A stretch of DNA of 63,116 nt, the filler included, from Craspedostauros australis (Eukaryota), in assembly GCA_030167865.1 (NCBI GenBank). It is 8 parts of 8 records of this genome, joined end to end, with 100 filler letters (N's around TTAATTAATTAA, not from the genome) between each part and the next. Parts side by side here need not be neighbours in the genome. Positions count along the whole stretch, not along the records: positions 44,378 to 57,286 come from JALAGF010005303.1; 7 more parts are not named here. One strand, 5' to 3'. Below, piece by piece: positions 45,760 to 57,386 of this stretch; positions within the stretch are counted from its first letter, which is position 1, and each line of letters opens with the position of its first letter. The translations under genes were made by a program, and so were the position numbers. The notes below the pieces were generated by a model that did no database searches, was not told the origin of the DNA, and worked only from the letters and a program-made list of their open reading frames with translations.

Positions 45760-46773
45760 ATGACAACAACCATGAAGCGCGTCGATTTGATCAAGATGGG
45801 AGGATTTGCTCCCAACGAACACCTCGTCGTCGTGGACGTCGAAGTCCCGAAGCCATGCGACAGCGAGGTGCTGATCGACATCAAGGCGTCTGCCATCAAC
45901 CCAGTGGACTGGAAGATGCCGGAGTATTACTTCTATCTCCCGAAGGAGCTCCCAGCCTCCCTGGGATGCGACGTCGCAGGCATCGTCGAGGACGGACCCC
46001 AGGACATGAAAGGTAAGCGCGTCGTGACGTACCTCGGAGCTGACAAACGCGACACCAAAACCACGCGCGGCGCATTCGCCGACAAGGTGCTGGCAGACAA
46101 GGACATCGTCTTTGAGATTCCAGACTCGATGTCGTTCGCGGAGGCAGCGAGCCAACCAGTCGGAGGTCTGACGGCAGTGCTCATGCTCGACGATCTCACG
46201 GCAGCGAAGGAGGGCGACTGGATTCTGGTGTGGGGCGGATCCTCGTCCGTGGGATTCCACGCTGTCCAGGTGGCCAAGGCCAGAGGCTACAAGGTCATCG
46301 CCGTCGCGAGCGCAAAGCACGAGCAGAACCTGAAGGACCTGGGAGCCGACGGCTTCGCCGATTATCGCAATGAGGACGTCGCGGCCAAGGTGGACGAGAT
46401 CATGAATGGCCAGGAGACCGGCTTGAACGGTGCCGCCGATTGCATTGGCATCCCCGAATCGCACGACGCGAGCGCCAAGATGCTGAAGAAGCACGGAAAG
46501 GCAGATGCCCCCTTGGTCATCAGCACCGTCAACTTCGAAATGCCCGCGCCACCGGACGGCGTCGAATCAAAGGTGGTGAACCTGGGCAGTGGCCTCGTCG
46601 AGCCGGCAACCCGCAAGACCGTGATTGACGCATACCCCTCTGTGTTCAAGCTCAAGACTCAGGCCATCCGTTCGGTCAAGGGCAAGATGGGTGCCGAGAC
46701 CGTTGCAGAGGCCTTCCAAATCAACAAAGACGGAGTGTCTGGCGAGAAGGTCATCATCGAGTGGGAGGAGTAG
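45760..46773 (+). CDS. MDR-superfamily NAD(P)H oxidoreductase (enoyl-reductase/quinone-reductase-like)
   Basis: SAINPVDWKM, LGCDVAGIV, GAFAD, and the Rossmann motif ILVWGGSSSVGFHAVQVAK. Confidence 0.92.
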   Translation: MTTTMKRVDLIKMGGFAPNEHLVVVDVEVPKPCDSEVLIDIKASAINPVDWKMPEYYFYLPKELPASLGCDVAGIVEDGPQDMKGKRVVTYLGADKRDTKTTRGAFADKVLADKDIVFEIPDSMSFAEAASQPVGGLTAVLMLDDLTAAKEGDWILVWGGSSSVGFHAVQVAKARGYKVIAVASAKHEQNLKDLGADGFADYRNEDVAAKVDEIMNGQETGLNGAADCIGIPESHDASAKMLKKHGKADAPLVISTVNFEMPAPPDGVESKVVNLGSGLVEPATRKTVIDAYPSVFKLKTQAIRSVKGKMGAETVAEAFQINKDGVSGEKVIIEWEE

Positions 46774-47232
46774 ACCACGGTGTCACGGAAATTGAATTGA
46801 ATTAGATTCAGCAGAGTGGGGGATTGGAGCGTTCAACTTGACTGCCATACTACGAGTATGAGTACGATGATGAGAAGTCCACTGCGCTCTACTGATAGCA
46901 TTCGACATTAAATATAACACATGCATGTACAATGATGTATTCCTTTCCACAAACGAGATATGCTCACTCCATAAAGTGGTCGCCTGCACCGTGCGAGTAT
47001 CTTTTCGCACGTATGGTATTCAACGATGAAGGACGCGGATGCTCTGTGTCCACACTTGATTGTGCTCTCACTGAAGCGGCGATTGTCGCATTTGGTCAAA
47101 AAATGCCACCGAGACATGAACCAAGAATTGCAAAGAAAAGATCTTTTGTGGTGGGAACACAGATCGTATCTTTGGCTCCATCGTGTTTCTTGCCACGAGG
47201 AGCGCAGCAGATGGCGCCTGCGTCGATCATCG

Positions 47233-47292
47233 ACATCACTGTCAACATCACTGTCAACATCACTGTCAACATCACTGTCAACATCACTGTCA
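47233..47292 (+). repeat. 12-bp tandem repeat ACATCACTGTCA x5
   Basis: Read directly, ~140 bp upstream of the S28 start codon. Confidence 0.9.
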
Positions 47293-47428
47293 GCATCATT
47301 ATCAGCACTCTGCCATACGATTAGTTGTGTCGTACCCTTGCAACAGCAATGAATACATCCTGTTATTATAATATAATATATTATATATAATACGCGAACA
47401 CTACGAGTAGCACGGATACAGTCAAACC

Positions 47429-49765
47429 ATGGTTCGTTCTGACACGTCCTTGCGCTTCTTGCTGTTCGCAGCAGCAAGTACAGCAAGCGCAGCAAGTACA
47501 ACAAGCGCAGCAAGTGCAGCAACAAGAGCAACAGCAGATGATCGGATGACCATCGCCAACATGACATGCGCGTACTTCACACAGCCACTCAACCACTTCG
47601 TCCCACGAGGCAAGTCGCCTTCCTACCAACAGCGATACTGCTACTATTCGGGATTTGCACCAGCACCGCTGTTGGCGCCCTCTTCGGCTTCATGCTCGCA
47701 TGCATCGCGTGCCGGCGAATGCGCGCGCAATGGGAACGATGACGGGAATGATCATGGGAATGACTATGGGAATGGCGAGGACGATGCTGCCGCTGATGCG
47801 ACGCCCATCCTGTTCTACACCGGCAACGAGTCGCCTTTGGAGCAGTACATCAACCACACTGGCCTCATGTGGGAATTGGCACCGGAGCTTGGTGCTCACG
47901 TCGTCTTCGCGGAGCATCGCTACGAAGGACACTCCTTGCCACCAGCAAATCTCACCACGGACTGCATGTCCTACGCCTCCACCACCCAAGCGCTGGCGGA
48001 CTTTGCCACTCTCATCCAGTACATCAACCCCGGTGGGAAGGCGCCGCTCGTTGCCTTCGGCGGGAGCTACGGTGGGATGCTCAGTGCGTGGTTCCGCATG
48101 AAGTACCCTCATCTGGTTGCTGGCGCCATTGCTGCGTCAGCGCCCATCGGTGCATTCCCGCAGCAGGCATACGACAAGATCGACTCCTCCGCCCAGATCA
48201 TTGCGGCAGCCATGGAGTTGGACTATCCATCTGTCAAGTCCTCCTCCCCCACTCCCCCTACTTCCTCCATATCCTCCGCATCCTCTTCTTCCCTCCCGTC
48301 ACAGCCATCGCAACAGTCGCAACCATCGCAACCGTCCCGATCGACAAGACGATCGTCGTCGCAAGATAATCACTGCTCCACCAACCTCATGGCTGCATGG
48401 CCTCTCATCCATTACCTGATAGACACAGGTCACGGAACCTTCCTGCAGCTCATGTTCAGTCTCTGCGAGCCCTTGAAGGATGCCGATGATCTGCTGGAAT
48501 GGGCGCAAGCGCTCTGGTTTGATTTGGCCGAGGGGGAGTTTCCGTACCCGTCCAGCTACATCCCATTCGCCTTGCTGCACAAGAAGGTGGAGCTGCCAGC
48601 ATGGCCAATCCAGACGGCATGCTGGAATATCAGCCAGTTGCACGCGGATTGGGGCGTTCACATCGAGGGCGATGTGTCCAGTGTCAACTACACGATCACG
48701 TACGCCGAGTCTGGCTTGACCCTCCACGTGGACTGGGATCGAGTGGCTGCCGTCCAAGCCATCAAGAGTGACGCTCACATGGGGAACGCTGATGGCGGTT
48801 CTGCTACCGACTCAAGCGATGCGTCGAAGGCAACCATCAAGCGTACGGAACGCGTGCTGCACGATGCACGGAATACACCGCCCATCGAGGACAATGACGA
48901 AATTATTGGACTGCTCACCAGCGTGCGCGACGCTGTCTCTATTTGGTACAACATCACAAAGGATTTACCATGCTACGACGTCTCCGAACCAGCGCCGAAC
49001 AGGAAGAAACGGATGCCAACACGAAGCACAGCACGAAGCACAGCGCGCATGGTGACATCGTCGTTGTCATCGTCATCATCTGCGGCGGCAGCAGATACAG
49101 AAGCTGCATCAGCCTCACAAGAAACGACTCGCGAAGGAAACTTGAAGCGGAGGGTTCCTCCCCTCCAGGCCGACCCAGCCAGTGTCTGCCAATCGCAAAT
49201 CCATACGACGGGGAGTTGGGAACCCGTGTGCTGCAACGATGACCTCAATCTCATCATCACTGTGGCGCGGGGCCTGGGCAAGGACTTTTTCTGGCCGCCC
49301 AGTCATCCCAGAGGCACGAAGGTGTACGCTGACATCGTCAAGAATGTACCCCCGTCCGTCTGCCCCGATCCGGATGGGGTGTTCGGATACTCGACACAGC
49401 CTCTGGATTTGTGGTCCGAATGGCTGGATGCGTACTACGGCAGCGGCCACATGCAAGGCCATTCGAACATCGTGTTTTCGAATGGCATGCTGGATCCATG
49501 GAGCGCGGGAGGTATCTACGCCATGGACCCGACACCGAGGGGCACAAGGCCAGCAGTTTCTCCAAAAGCTGGCGGCGGCATGGTGCAGAACGTGACAGAT
49601 GATGGCAGCATCATCGCATTGCTTATCGAGCTTGGCGGCCACCACACGGACTTGATGTATTCCGACCAACGCGATCCGGAGTGCGTGTCACAAGCCCGTA
49701 GCATCGAACATGACCGTATCGTCACATGGATCAATCAGTGGCGGGATGGCGGGCAACGAAGTTGA
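47429..49765 (+). CDS. Peptidase family S28 (prolylcarboxypeptidase/DPP7-like), secreted or lysosomal
   Basis: Signal peptide; FYTGNE, AEHRYEG, nucleophile motif GGSYGGML, FSNGMLDPW (Asp) and GGHHTDL (His); several low-complexity insertions. Confidence 0.93.
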   Translation: MVRSDTSLRFLLFAAASTASAASTTSAASAATRATADDRMTIANMTCAYFTQPLNHFVPRGKSPSYQQRYCYYSGFAPAPLLAPSSASCSHASRAGECARNGNDDGNDHGNDYGNGEDDAAADATPILFYTGNESPLEQYINHTGLMWELAPELGAHVVFAEHRYEGHSLPPANLTTDCMSYASTTQALADFATLIQYINPGGKAPLVAFGGSYGGMLSAWFRMKYPHLVAGAIAASAPIGAFPQQAYDKIDSSAQIIAAAMELDYPSVKSSSPTPPTSSISSASSSSLPSQPSQQSQPSQPSRSTRRSSSQDNHCSTNLMAAWPLIHYLIDTGHGTFLQLMFSLCEPLKDADDLLEWAQALWFDLAEGEFPYPSSYIPFALLHKKVELPAWPIQTACWNISQLHADWGVHIEGDVSSVNYTITYAESGLTLHVDWDRVAAVQAIKSDAHMGNADGGSATDSSDASKATIKRTERVLHDARNTPPIEDNDEIIGLLTSVRDAVSIWYNITKDLPCYDVSEPAPNRKKRMPTRSTARSTARMVTSSLSSSSSAAAADTEAASASQETTREGNLKRRVPPLQADPASVCQSQIHTTGSWEPVCCNDDLNLIITVARGLGKDFFWPPSHPRGTKVYADIVKNVPPSVCPDPDGVFGYSTQPLDLWSEWLDAYYGSGHMQGHSNIVFSNGMLDPWSAGGIYAMDPTPRGTRPAVSPKAGGGMVQNVTDDGSIIALLIELGGHHTDLMYSDQRDPECVSQARSIEHDRIVTWINQWRDGGQRS

Positions 49766-52188
49766 TGCTGCTGCTGCTGCTGCTGTTGGCAGAAGATCGT
49801 GGTGCACCAATCCAATCAACGAAGGGACGAAACAATCTTTCCACGTACGAGTACTGTGCCAGAATCCATTCCTGTACGAGCCATGGTATAGCCTTGGTGG
49901 GGAGCGCTGATGAACAACCAAGAAGCAGCAAGCCACAGTCATGTACGGCATGCATTTGCACTTGCACTTGCACTTGTACTCGTACTCCAGCATCAGCACT
50001 CCGTGACTTGCATGCATGTGACCAAAGAAAGCAGGGGCCCGAACCAGTACGAGCTATCAGTATTTGTAGGTACAGGTAGCCCGCACGTCGAACCAATCAC
50101 CGAGGTCCTGGATCACTGAATCAGAAACTACGTGGGCAGCAAGAGCAGTGCGCGGCTACCTTCATTCCATGGAGCGAAATTTGTGATTGCTTTCGCGACG
50201 GTGCCTTGGGTGGCGAGTGGGGGCAGTTCGTTGGTGGTTGGTCTGCTGTGGCGCATTCACAGGATTGAACGTGAATGATCACACACGCGTGTCCGAGTAT
50301 TCCTCACAATTCAAATAAGATCTTCTCAACAAGCCATGCTTCCCTTTTGTCCACCAGAACATGCACATCTTACATGGCATTTCATGTTCGGATTGGGGCA
50401 GTACTATACGGCTGCCCATGGATATCCGTGTTCTTGTTTTGTGGTTGGCTGATCATGACTTCGCTAGCCCAACAGCCGTGTGAATGAAGTCACCGACGAT
50501 ACCGTCTACCCAGGTGGACGACAGAAGTTGTTGTGATGGCCGAACGACCAGGTCTTCTGGTGCGATTCCTTCCCACTTCGACTTGGCAGCACACAAAGTA
50601 CCTATGCATAGGCAGTTGACCTATTGACAGTGAAATAGCTCGCGGATTTACGACATGGCATGAATTTGAAACTGAACTTGATTGATGTGGTGTCACCCTT
50701 TGTTTCGCCCATGGTGGTGTTCTGCGGAACTCGGAGGCCATCTTCTGGAGATTTGCGACTTCGTGTTGTTAGATAATGTAATAGTAGCTTGTCCACATCT
50801 ACGAGTACAGCATGCACAGCGCTTAGTCATGGGAGCGGCATGGATGAAAGGCGAAGTTGCCCGAGTGACGATGAAGTGGTGAGAGAGAAGAGCCGCCGCA
50901 AATCACCGACCCGCCGCAGAAACCGATGCGGTTTCGCCGCTCCAACGAAAGCGTGCTGTGAAGGTTGTTTGTGGAGTGTTCCCGCCATCACTCTAAGGGT
51001 ACTTGTACGAGCTGCTTGCACGAGGTATGAGCAGTTCCTCCCTGAGGCCGAGGTGGTCGCGAACTGGAGGAATCATGTCGTCGGTCATCTCTCCGAAACT
51101 CCGTTTATCGGTGTCGAGGGCTCACATGGTTGTCACAGAATGACAAGGGCAGACACCACAATCACTTTCTTCGTCGCATTGGTGCCGTTCGGAGCTTGAC
51201 GAGATGGAGGCTTCATGGTTGGGCTACATTTTTCGAATGGAACAACCGGGGGAACCGCTGAGCACAGTGGGTGTCGGTTCCTCAATCGAAAGGAGGTGGT
51301 CGACGACTTTTGGCGAAAAGCGCTCACCCGAATTCGCAAGGTGGATCAACACGTCTTCTGTGTCCTTGTCCTTGTCCTTGTCCTTGTCCTTGATGATGAC
51401 ACGCTGACGTTTGCGCCACCAACAGGTTCTCGGTCTCAGGAGGATGGAGAAGACAACCAAAAAGATGACTGGATGAATGAATGAGTGAAAGGAAGTTGGT
51501 CGCGAGAACCACGGCCACAACGCCAGTCGAAGCGGTAGCCTTTCGAGCTATCGCAGACGCATGAGGGTGGATGTACCCATGGTGCTCGTGTTTGTAGCGC
51601 GCGGCCATCCGGCAATTGTGTGCCACTGAGGAAGAGGAGGCTGCAAAAGACGCAGAGCTGTTGTGTTCAGGTGTGTGGACGGGGACAATACGGACTGTAT
51701 GCACTGGCATGCTGTGTTAACTTGCAGCAGTGGTGAAGTAAAATCAAAATCTATGGTTGGGTGAAGGTACAAATGTGAATGGGATACGAGTATTGGTAGA
51801 GTCGAGTATTCCGAGCTCGTTCCATGGAGTGAAGGTCCACTCCTGAGAGCTGGCTGAAAGTGTTTGTGGATTCGCGGGACCAAGTCGATGTCAAGCTCCG
51901 TTTGGTTTCGGGCGCAGCGCATTGGGAGCGCCCGTCCCTCGAAACCACGCTGCTTTTGTTGTGCTGATGGACATTGTAAGCTCTTTCAGTTGTGTTCAAG
52001 AGGAAACAGGGCGGCTGGATGTCTCATGTGCTCTGCTCTCTCCAAAATCAAATATCGCTGGAGCTGTTCGTTCGATACATTGAAGCGGGCTGAGATATCT
52101 GGGGATGTGTATTGTAGTAGATGTAATGTACAAGCAGGCGGAGCTCGTGTGTATGTGTCTCCGCTACACGGGTAGGAATGAGGTATTC

Positions 52189-53869
52189 CTACTTGTTGCA
52201 GTGGGTATGCTGTTGTTGTTGTTGTTGCTGTTGGCACTGTTCTTGGTACGACATCATCGCCTCTTTCATCACGCACGGTGGGGAATGGGTGCGCTGCTGC
52301 TGTGCGAATTGTGCCGCTGCCACTGGCGCTGATGCGTAGGCCTCTTCACTGCATGGGTCGGCTTGATTCTCGGCCTGTGCATGGATGGTGGCCAGCCTCT
52401 GGTAGCATGTTCGGATTCGGGAGGAGTATGGGTGCAGGGATGGGTGGAGCGACGAGAGGTCGGGCAACGTCGTGCCGTAGTATTCCGGGATGCCGTCAAG
52501 GGCCACCAACATGGCAGCGTACGCGATTTCTGAGGGTTTGTACAGGACGAAGAAGTAGTCCATGGTTGACAGCTCGATGAGGAACAGGGCGAAGCTTTGG
52601 ACGTTGGATGTGACGCCTGGCATGTAGTACATGAAGTGCTCGATGAAGAGCTGTGGCGTTGGTGGGTGAACGTGCCAGTGCAGACGTTGCAGCACGTCGT
52701 ACTCCAACCTCTCCATCTCCTGCAGGGTGAAGGCGCCCTTGCTGAGCATGAGGATTGCCTCCATTGTGGAGCGGCAATCGCCGATGATGAGGCATCGAGA
52801 TTCGTTGAGTTTGATGGAGAGGTAGAGGCACGTCATGACCAGAAGCTGGAAGAAGGTTTTGTCGACTGGTGTGGGGCAGTTCGACAGATACCGATCGAGG
52901 TGGCTGACTGCAATGGTCACCATTTCTCGCGACAGCTTGAAGTGATCAACGACTGTTGTTGTTGTTGTGGGGTTGGCGGGCACGAGCGTTGGGGAAGTGG
53001 CGGTGGTGTACGCATGTTTGATGGTCGCAAAGTAGGGCATGGCAAGCGTTGTGTTGCGTTACGTTGTGTTGCGTTGGCCGTGCGATTGATCATGTGGTTT
53101 GTGTATCATGGGGTGGTGCATGGTTTGATTGGAGGCGGCAAAGGCAATCGCGGGTGTGCGCAGACAAAGACAAGGATGGTGAGAGATTGTGGGTTTGGTG
53201 AGTCTTGTGATGTTGGTGTGTGCTTCCGGTTGTGGCACCTTTCGTGGGTTTGATGTTTCGCCCGCCGTTCTTGCGTCCCGTTTGCGTTCTCTTGGCATTG
53301 GTTGTTTGTGTGCTTGTAGTAGTATGCTTCCTCTTGAACTTGCTGAACTTACCAGTGTACGCCCAGTTGCACATGGTTTCGCGCCAATGGATGTTGATGC
53401 TCCTGCTGGTGGCCACCGATCCTGAGGACGAACCTGCTGCATTCGCTTGGGTTGGACGCGATGAAGCGCAAGACGAGGAAAGCGAGGATGTGGTTGTAGT
53501 TGATGACAGCGATGCTGGCGATGCCGCCATCGAGCTGCAGTTCTCATCCTGCCGATTTGGAACGCCGATGCTGTGTTGTTGTGCCGTCGTCTTCGTCTTC
53601 TTTGGCGGGCTGGGTTGGAGGTCATTTTCATCGGTTCTCATCCGTCGCAATGGCGATCTGGTGGCGCAAGCGGCCGGTGACGGGTCCTTCTCGATGGCGG
53701 CTTCCACCATCTGCGCCCATTGTTCCTGCTCCCGCTGACGCCGCTGCTCTTCCTCTGCCTCCCTGGCAGCCTTCACCTGCTGTTGCATGCGCCAGATGTA
53801 GTCGCTGGTTCTGTAGTGCTGCTCCTCCTGTCGAAGGACCACCTTCAGGCTGTCAAGAACATCGACCAT
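52189..53869 (-). CDS. Cyclin (diatom-specific type); exons 53869-53353 and 52952-52189, 426 aa
   Basis: Phase-1 intron G|GTAAG...CAG|TC rebuilds the cyclin box WRETMCNWAYTVVDHFKLSREMVTIAVSHLDRYL. Also FQLLVMTCLYLSIKL, LHWHVHPPT and a Cyclin_C-like YKPSEIAYAA. Confidence 0.92.
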
Positions 53870-56800
53870 GGTTGCTGCTTGGTGTGTGTTGCGTGCTGCG
53901 TGCTGCGTGCTGCGTGCTGCGTGCTGCTTGATGTGCTTGATGTGCTTGTATGTTTGTTTGCTTGTTTGTGTGCTCGTTGGATGGCTTGATGATCGTCGCC
54001 GTGTCTTCGCGGTGTCTTTGCAGTCTCCTTCGTCGCTGTCGGTTCTGGGTCGGTTGTTGCTTTTTGTGGAGTGGCAGAGTTTGATTTTGTGATTGCGTTG
54101 CAGACATCACTGGGGTTTGGTCGTTGCCGCGAATCTGCCCACACGGCTCTTCTTGAGCAACAGTACGTGCACATCACGGCGGAAGAAGGAAGCTCGCTGC
54201 AACCTCCCAACACAAGATTTGACTTTTCTAGTCGTTCGTCTGTCCGTATGTCAACGAGGGCAACCATTGCAAACGGTGTTTAACTGTTTTCCTTGCCCGC
54301 CATTCGGTGACCAGCGTCGTAAATCATGTGGTACAATACGTTGAAATGCGTAGTGCTTCGTACTTGACGCACAATGCGCAGCGCGACGCCAACGGTTGGC
54401 TGGCGTTATTCAAAACGGGAGAAGTGTCACAAATCAATTTGGCACAAAGAAAATTAGCCGTCATTTCGCCGGACCACTTAACGGCAGGGCCTGGTTCGGC
54501 TTGGGCGCGTTGGTGGAAGGCGCCAAATTTCATTGCGGAAGACGCTTCAGCATCACAGGCGATAGTGGAGCGAAACGGAGGAATAAGGGCGACTTGGGCC
54601 AATCACAATTGGGCAGCGCGGCACAAGATCAGAGCGCTGTGCATTTCATCAACACCTCCAGAGAAAAGGGAGGACATGCCAGTGGAAGGAAAAGCACGCG
54701 GCGACCTGTTTGCCAGTGACGCAAGTGGTGTTGTGGCCCTTCTTTGCCACGTATCGCTCCGCGTCTGGCTTGTCTCATTCGGCGGTCTTCGTTCATCAGC
54801 ATCCACCTTGCGATTTATTTTCAGGACAGAGTATAAGTACGCATGATACCAGTAAGGTCCTGTCAGTGCGGCTGGGAGGGACAACGGTTGCAGTGTCCGT
54901 CATGACTCTTCATGCCATTGTTCTTTCGTTCTTTCGTTCTTTCGTTCTTTCTTTCGTTCGTGCGTTCGCTCTTCCTTTCCTTTCGTTGATCGTTTGCTCT
55001 TCGGTGGACTTGCTTGCTCAGTTGGCGCGAGAGCAACGAAGATCTGATTGGGCGTTTCGTTCGCCGTTCGGATCTTTTGGTCTCGGACACGGCATCACTG
55101 CTCCTTGTTGAGAAGGCTATGACAAACGCAGATCGTGAAGAATGACCCCAAACCAGCCACTTGTGAAGTCGAGCGGAATTAAGACCCGCCTGAGCGAAAA
55201 TAGTACACCTTTCTCGGGAAGTCCTCTCAGATTTCCCTATAAATTTAATATGATGTTCCTCTCTATGAGAAAGTGACGGATTGACTTTCCTAGAATTCCT
55301 ACACTTTATATTTTATAAGTTATGAGGGCTTGAGTTGAGAAATTCCCCACAGTAGCCCGTGCTTTATATTTTTAGCTTTCGATCGGACATGGATGCGACT
55401 CGTCATTGTCTTCAAGTTGGACGTCGGCGAGCGGCGAAAATGTTCTTTTTTCCTCTCTCAGACGGACTCACAGCAAGGCACTGGAAGCTGAACTCAGACG
55501 TGTCTACAGTCGTGCGAACGGATCAACATTTCGACTGTTTTTGGCCCCAATTGATTGCACGCAGTTTNNNNNNNNNNNNNNNNNNNNNNNNNNNNNNNNN
55601 NNNNNNNNNNNNNNNNNGAACTCAGACGTGTCTACAGTCGTGCGAACGGATCAACATTTCGACTGTTTTTGGCCCCAATTGATTGCACGCAGTTTCTCGC
55701 AGTGGACTTGGAACAATAGGTGAGGAGCAAAACTGCATCAGAATGCGATGGTACGTGCGTGCACTGCGCCGTACCATACGACATTAGGGTGGGATGAAGG
55801 TGCAGAGCTATCAGCATATTCCACCAGGTATAGTGGGATGTTACTTTTGCCTTTGCTGATGCTGGTAGTACTTNNNNNNNNNNNNNNNNNNNNNNNNNNN
55901 NNNNNNNNNNNNNNNNNNNNNNNGTTCCACGTGTGGTCTCTCATTTCATACAAGGGGCACGAGACTCTGTGACAAGATAGGTGCAGGAGGATGACGTTCC
56001 CATCCTGAGAATCAAAGTTGACCGGTGGCAACTACGGCACATTCCTGATGTACGCTGCTCTGCTCTTCTCGAGTTGCTGAGTTGCCGAGTCGCCGCGCGT
56101 TGCGCCTCTCAGACAGGATTTCGGTGTCTTGTTGTTGTTGTTGTTGTGGAAGTTTGTGAGTTGATTTTGCTCTTTTCTTGATCACGTTTCATTCCTTTTC
56201 CTGGTTCTTTTTCATGTCGCACCCAAAGAATCGCTCTGTACTTTTTCAGATGTCGGTGGACAGACAGACGTGAGATGTGGTGTTTTGGTAGAAACCTGTG
56301 TGGAACAGAACCAAATCAGATACTGCGCTCGCGAATTCTGGACTGCTTTGTGCCTGTCGATACACATTCCCAGAAGAATCGGTTCTGGTGCGCCACAAAA
56401 CTGCGGAGTGGCTCTGCAAGAACAGAATGATGTACCGCACTGAACACAAGAAGGGGAGTACAGCAGTATCGCATATAATACATCTGTTTTTTATCGTACA
56501 TGCCCACATTTGTATTATTTGCACATCGGAGGCTGATCAGGTTCGATCTTGTGATGGATCGGCTGACTCCGCAGAATCAACATTCCACCGTCAATTCCAA
56601 CCGTCAACGATGGTGTTGCATCCACAAGGCGCGCTTGGTGGTCAGCGGCGCAGGCAGACTTGGAGTGCGAGGATTGTCAGCATTGTTGCCCTCATGAGAT
56701 AGGTATGACGATCAGTTCCATGGTGCGTTATCGTCTCCAGAGTTGGCGTGGATCAAAGACAAGGAACAACAACGTGCTGACCGTTTGGACGCTATATTGT

Positions 56801-57386
56801 GGATTGAATTTAGGGTAAGTGTATTGCCTTGACAGCACCGTCGCATAGAACAACAATTACTCTTGGTGCTGTGGGAACACAGCTCCAATTTTGCTCCTGG
56901 CGACAACATCGATACTGACATGCGCGTGCGATTTTTTTTTGCGCCCATGGATTTGGTATCATCACTCGCTCTCGCTGATCGTCATCATTCTCCGTTGTCT
57001 GCTGGGGCCGTTCGTGGCAGTCTGGGTGGTCACAGAGCAAGCAACAGCCAGCGCCAAACATGAATGGCACCGGCGGTTGATGATTGGTGAACGCTGTTGC
57101 ACAGGCGGATGCGATTTGTTGTCTCCCCCAGCGGTTGTTGGATGAGTGACGGACAAGAAGCTGGTGGTGATCGTCTGTACGGAAAGCGTTGGCGTAGATG
57201 GATGGGATGTTCTGAGCAATGAAACAATAGTGCCATACTAATGGATGAGGTAGTGTGGATGAGGCTGAGAGCTTGTTCCGATTTCCNNNNNNNNNNNNNN
57301 NNNNNNNNNNNNNNNNNNNNNNNNNNNNNNTTAATTAATTAANNNNNNNNNNNNNNNNNNNNNNNNNNNNNNNNNNNNNNNNNNNN

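Noticed and set aside
55489..55695. Direct duplications flanking 50-N gaps (also 24582-24675, 29223-29408, 43431-43960 and 57900-60700)
   Set aside because: Identical sequence on both sides of fixed-length gaps indicates unmerged overlaps or collapsed repeat copies.
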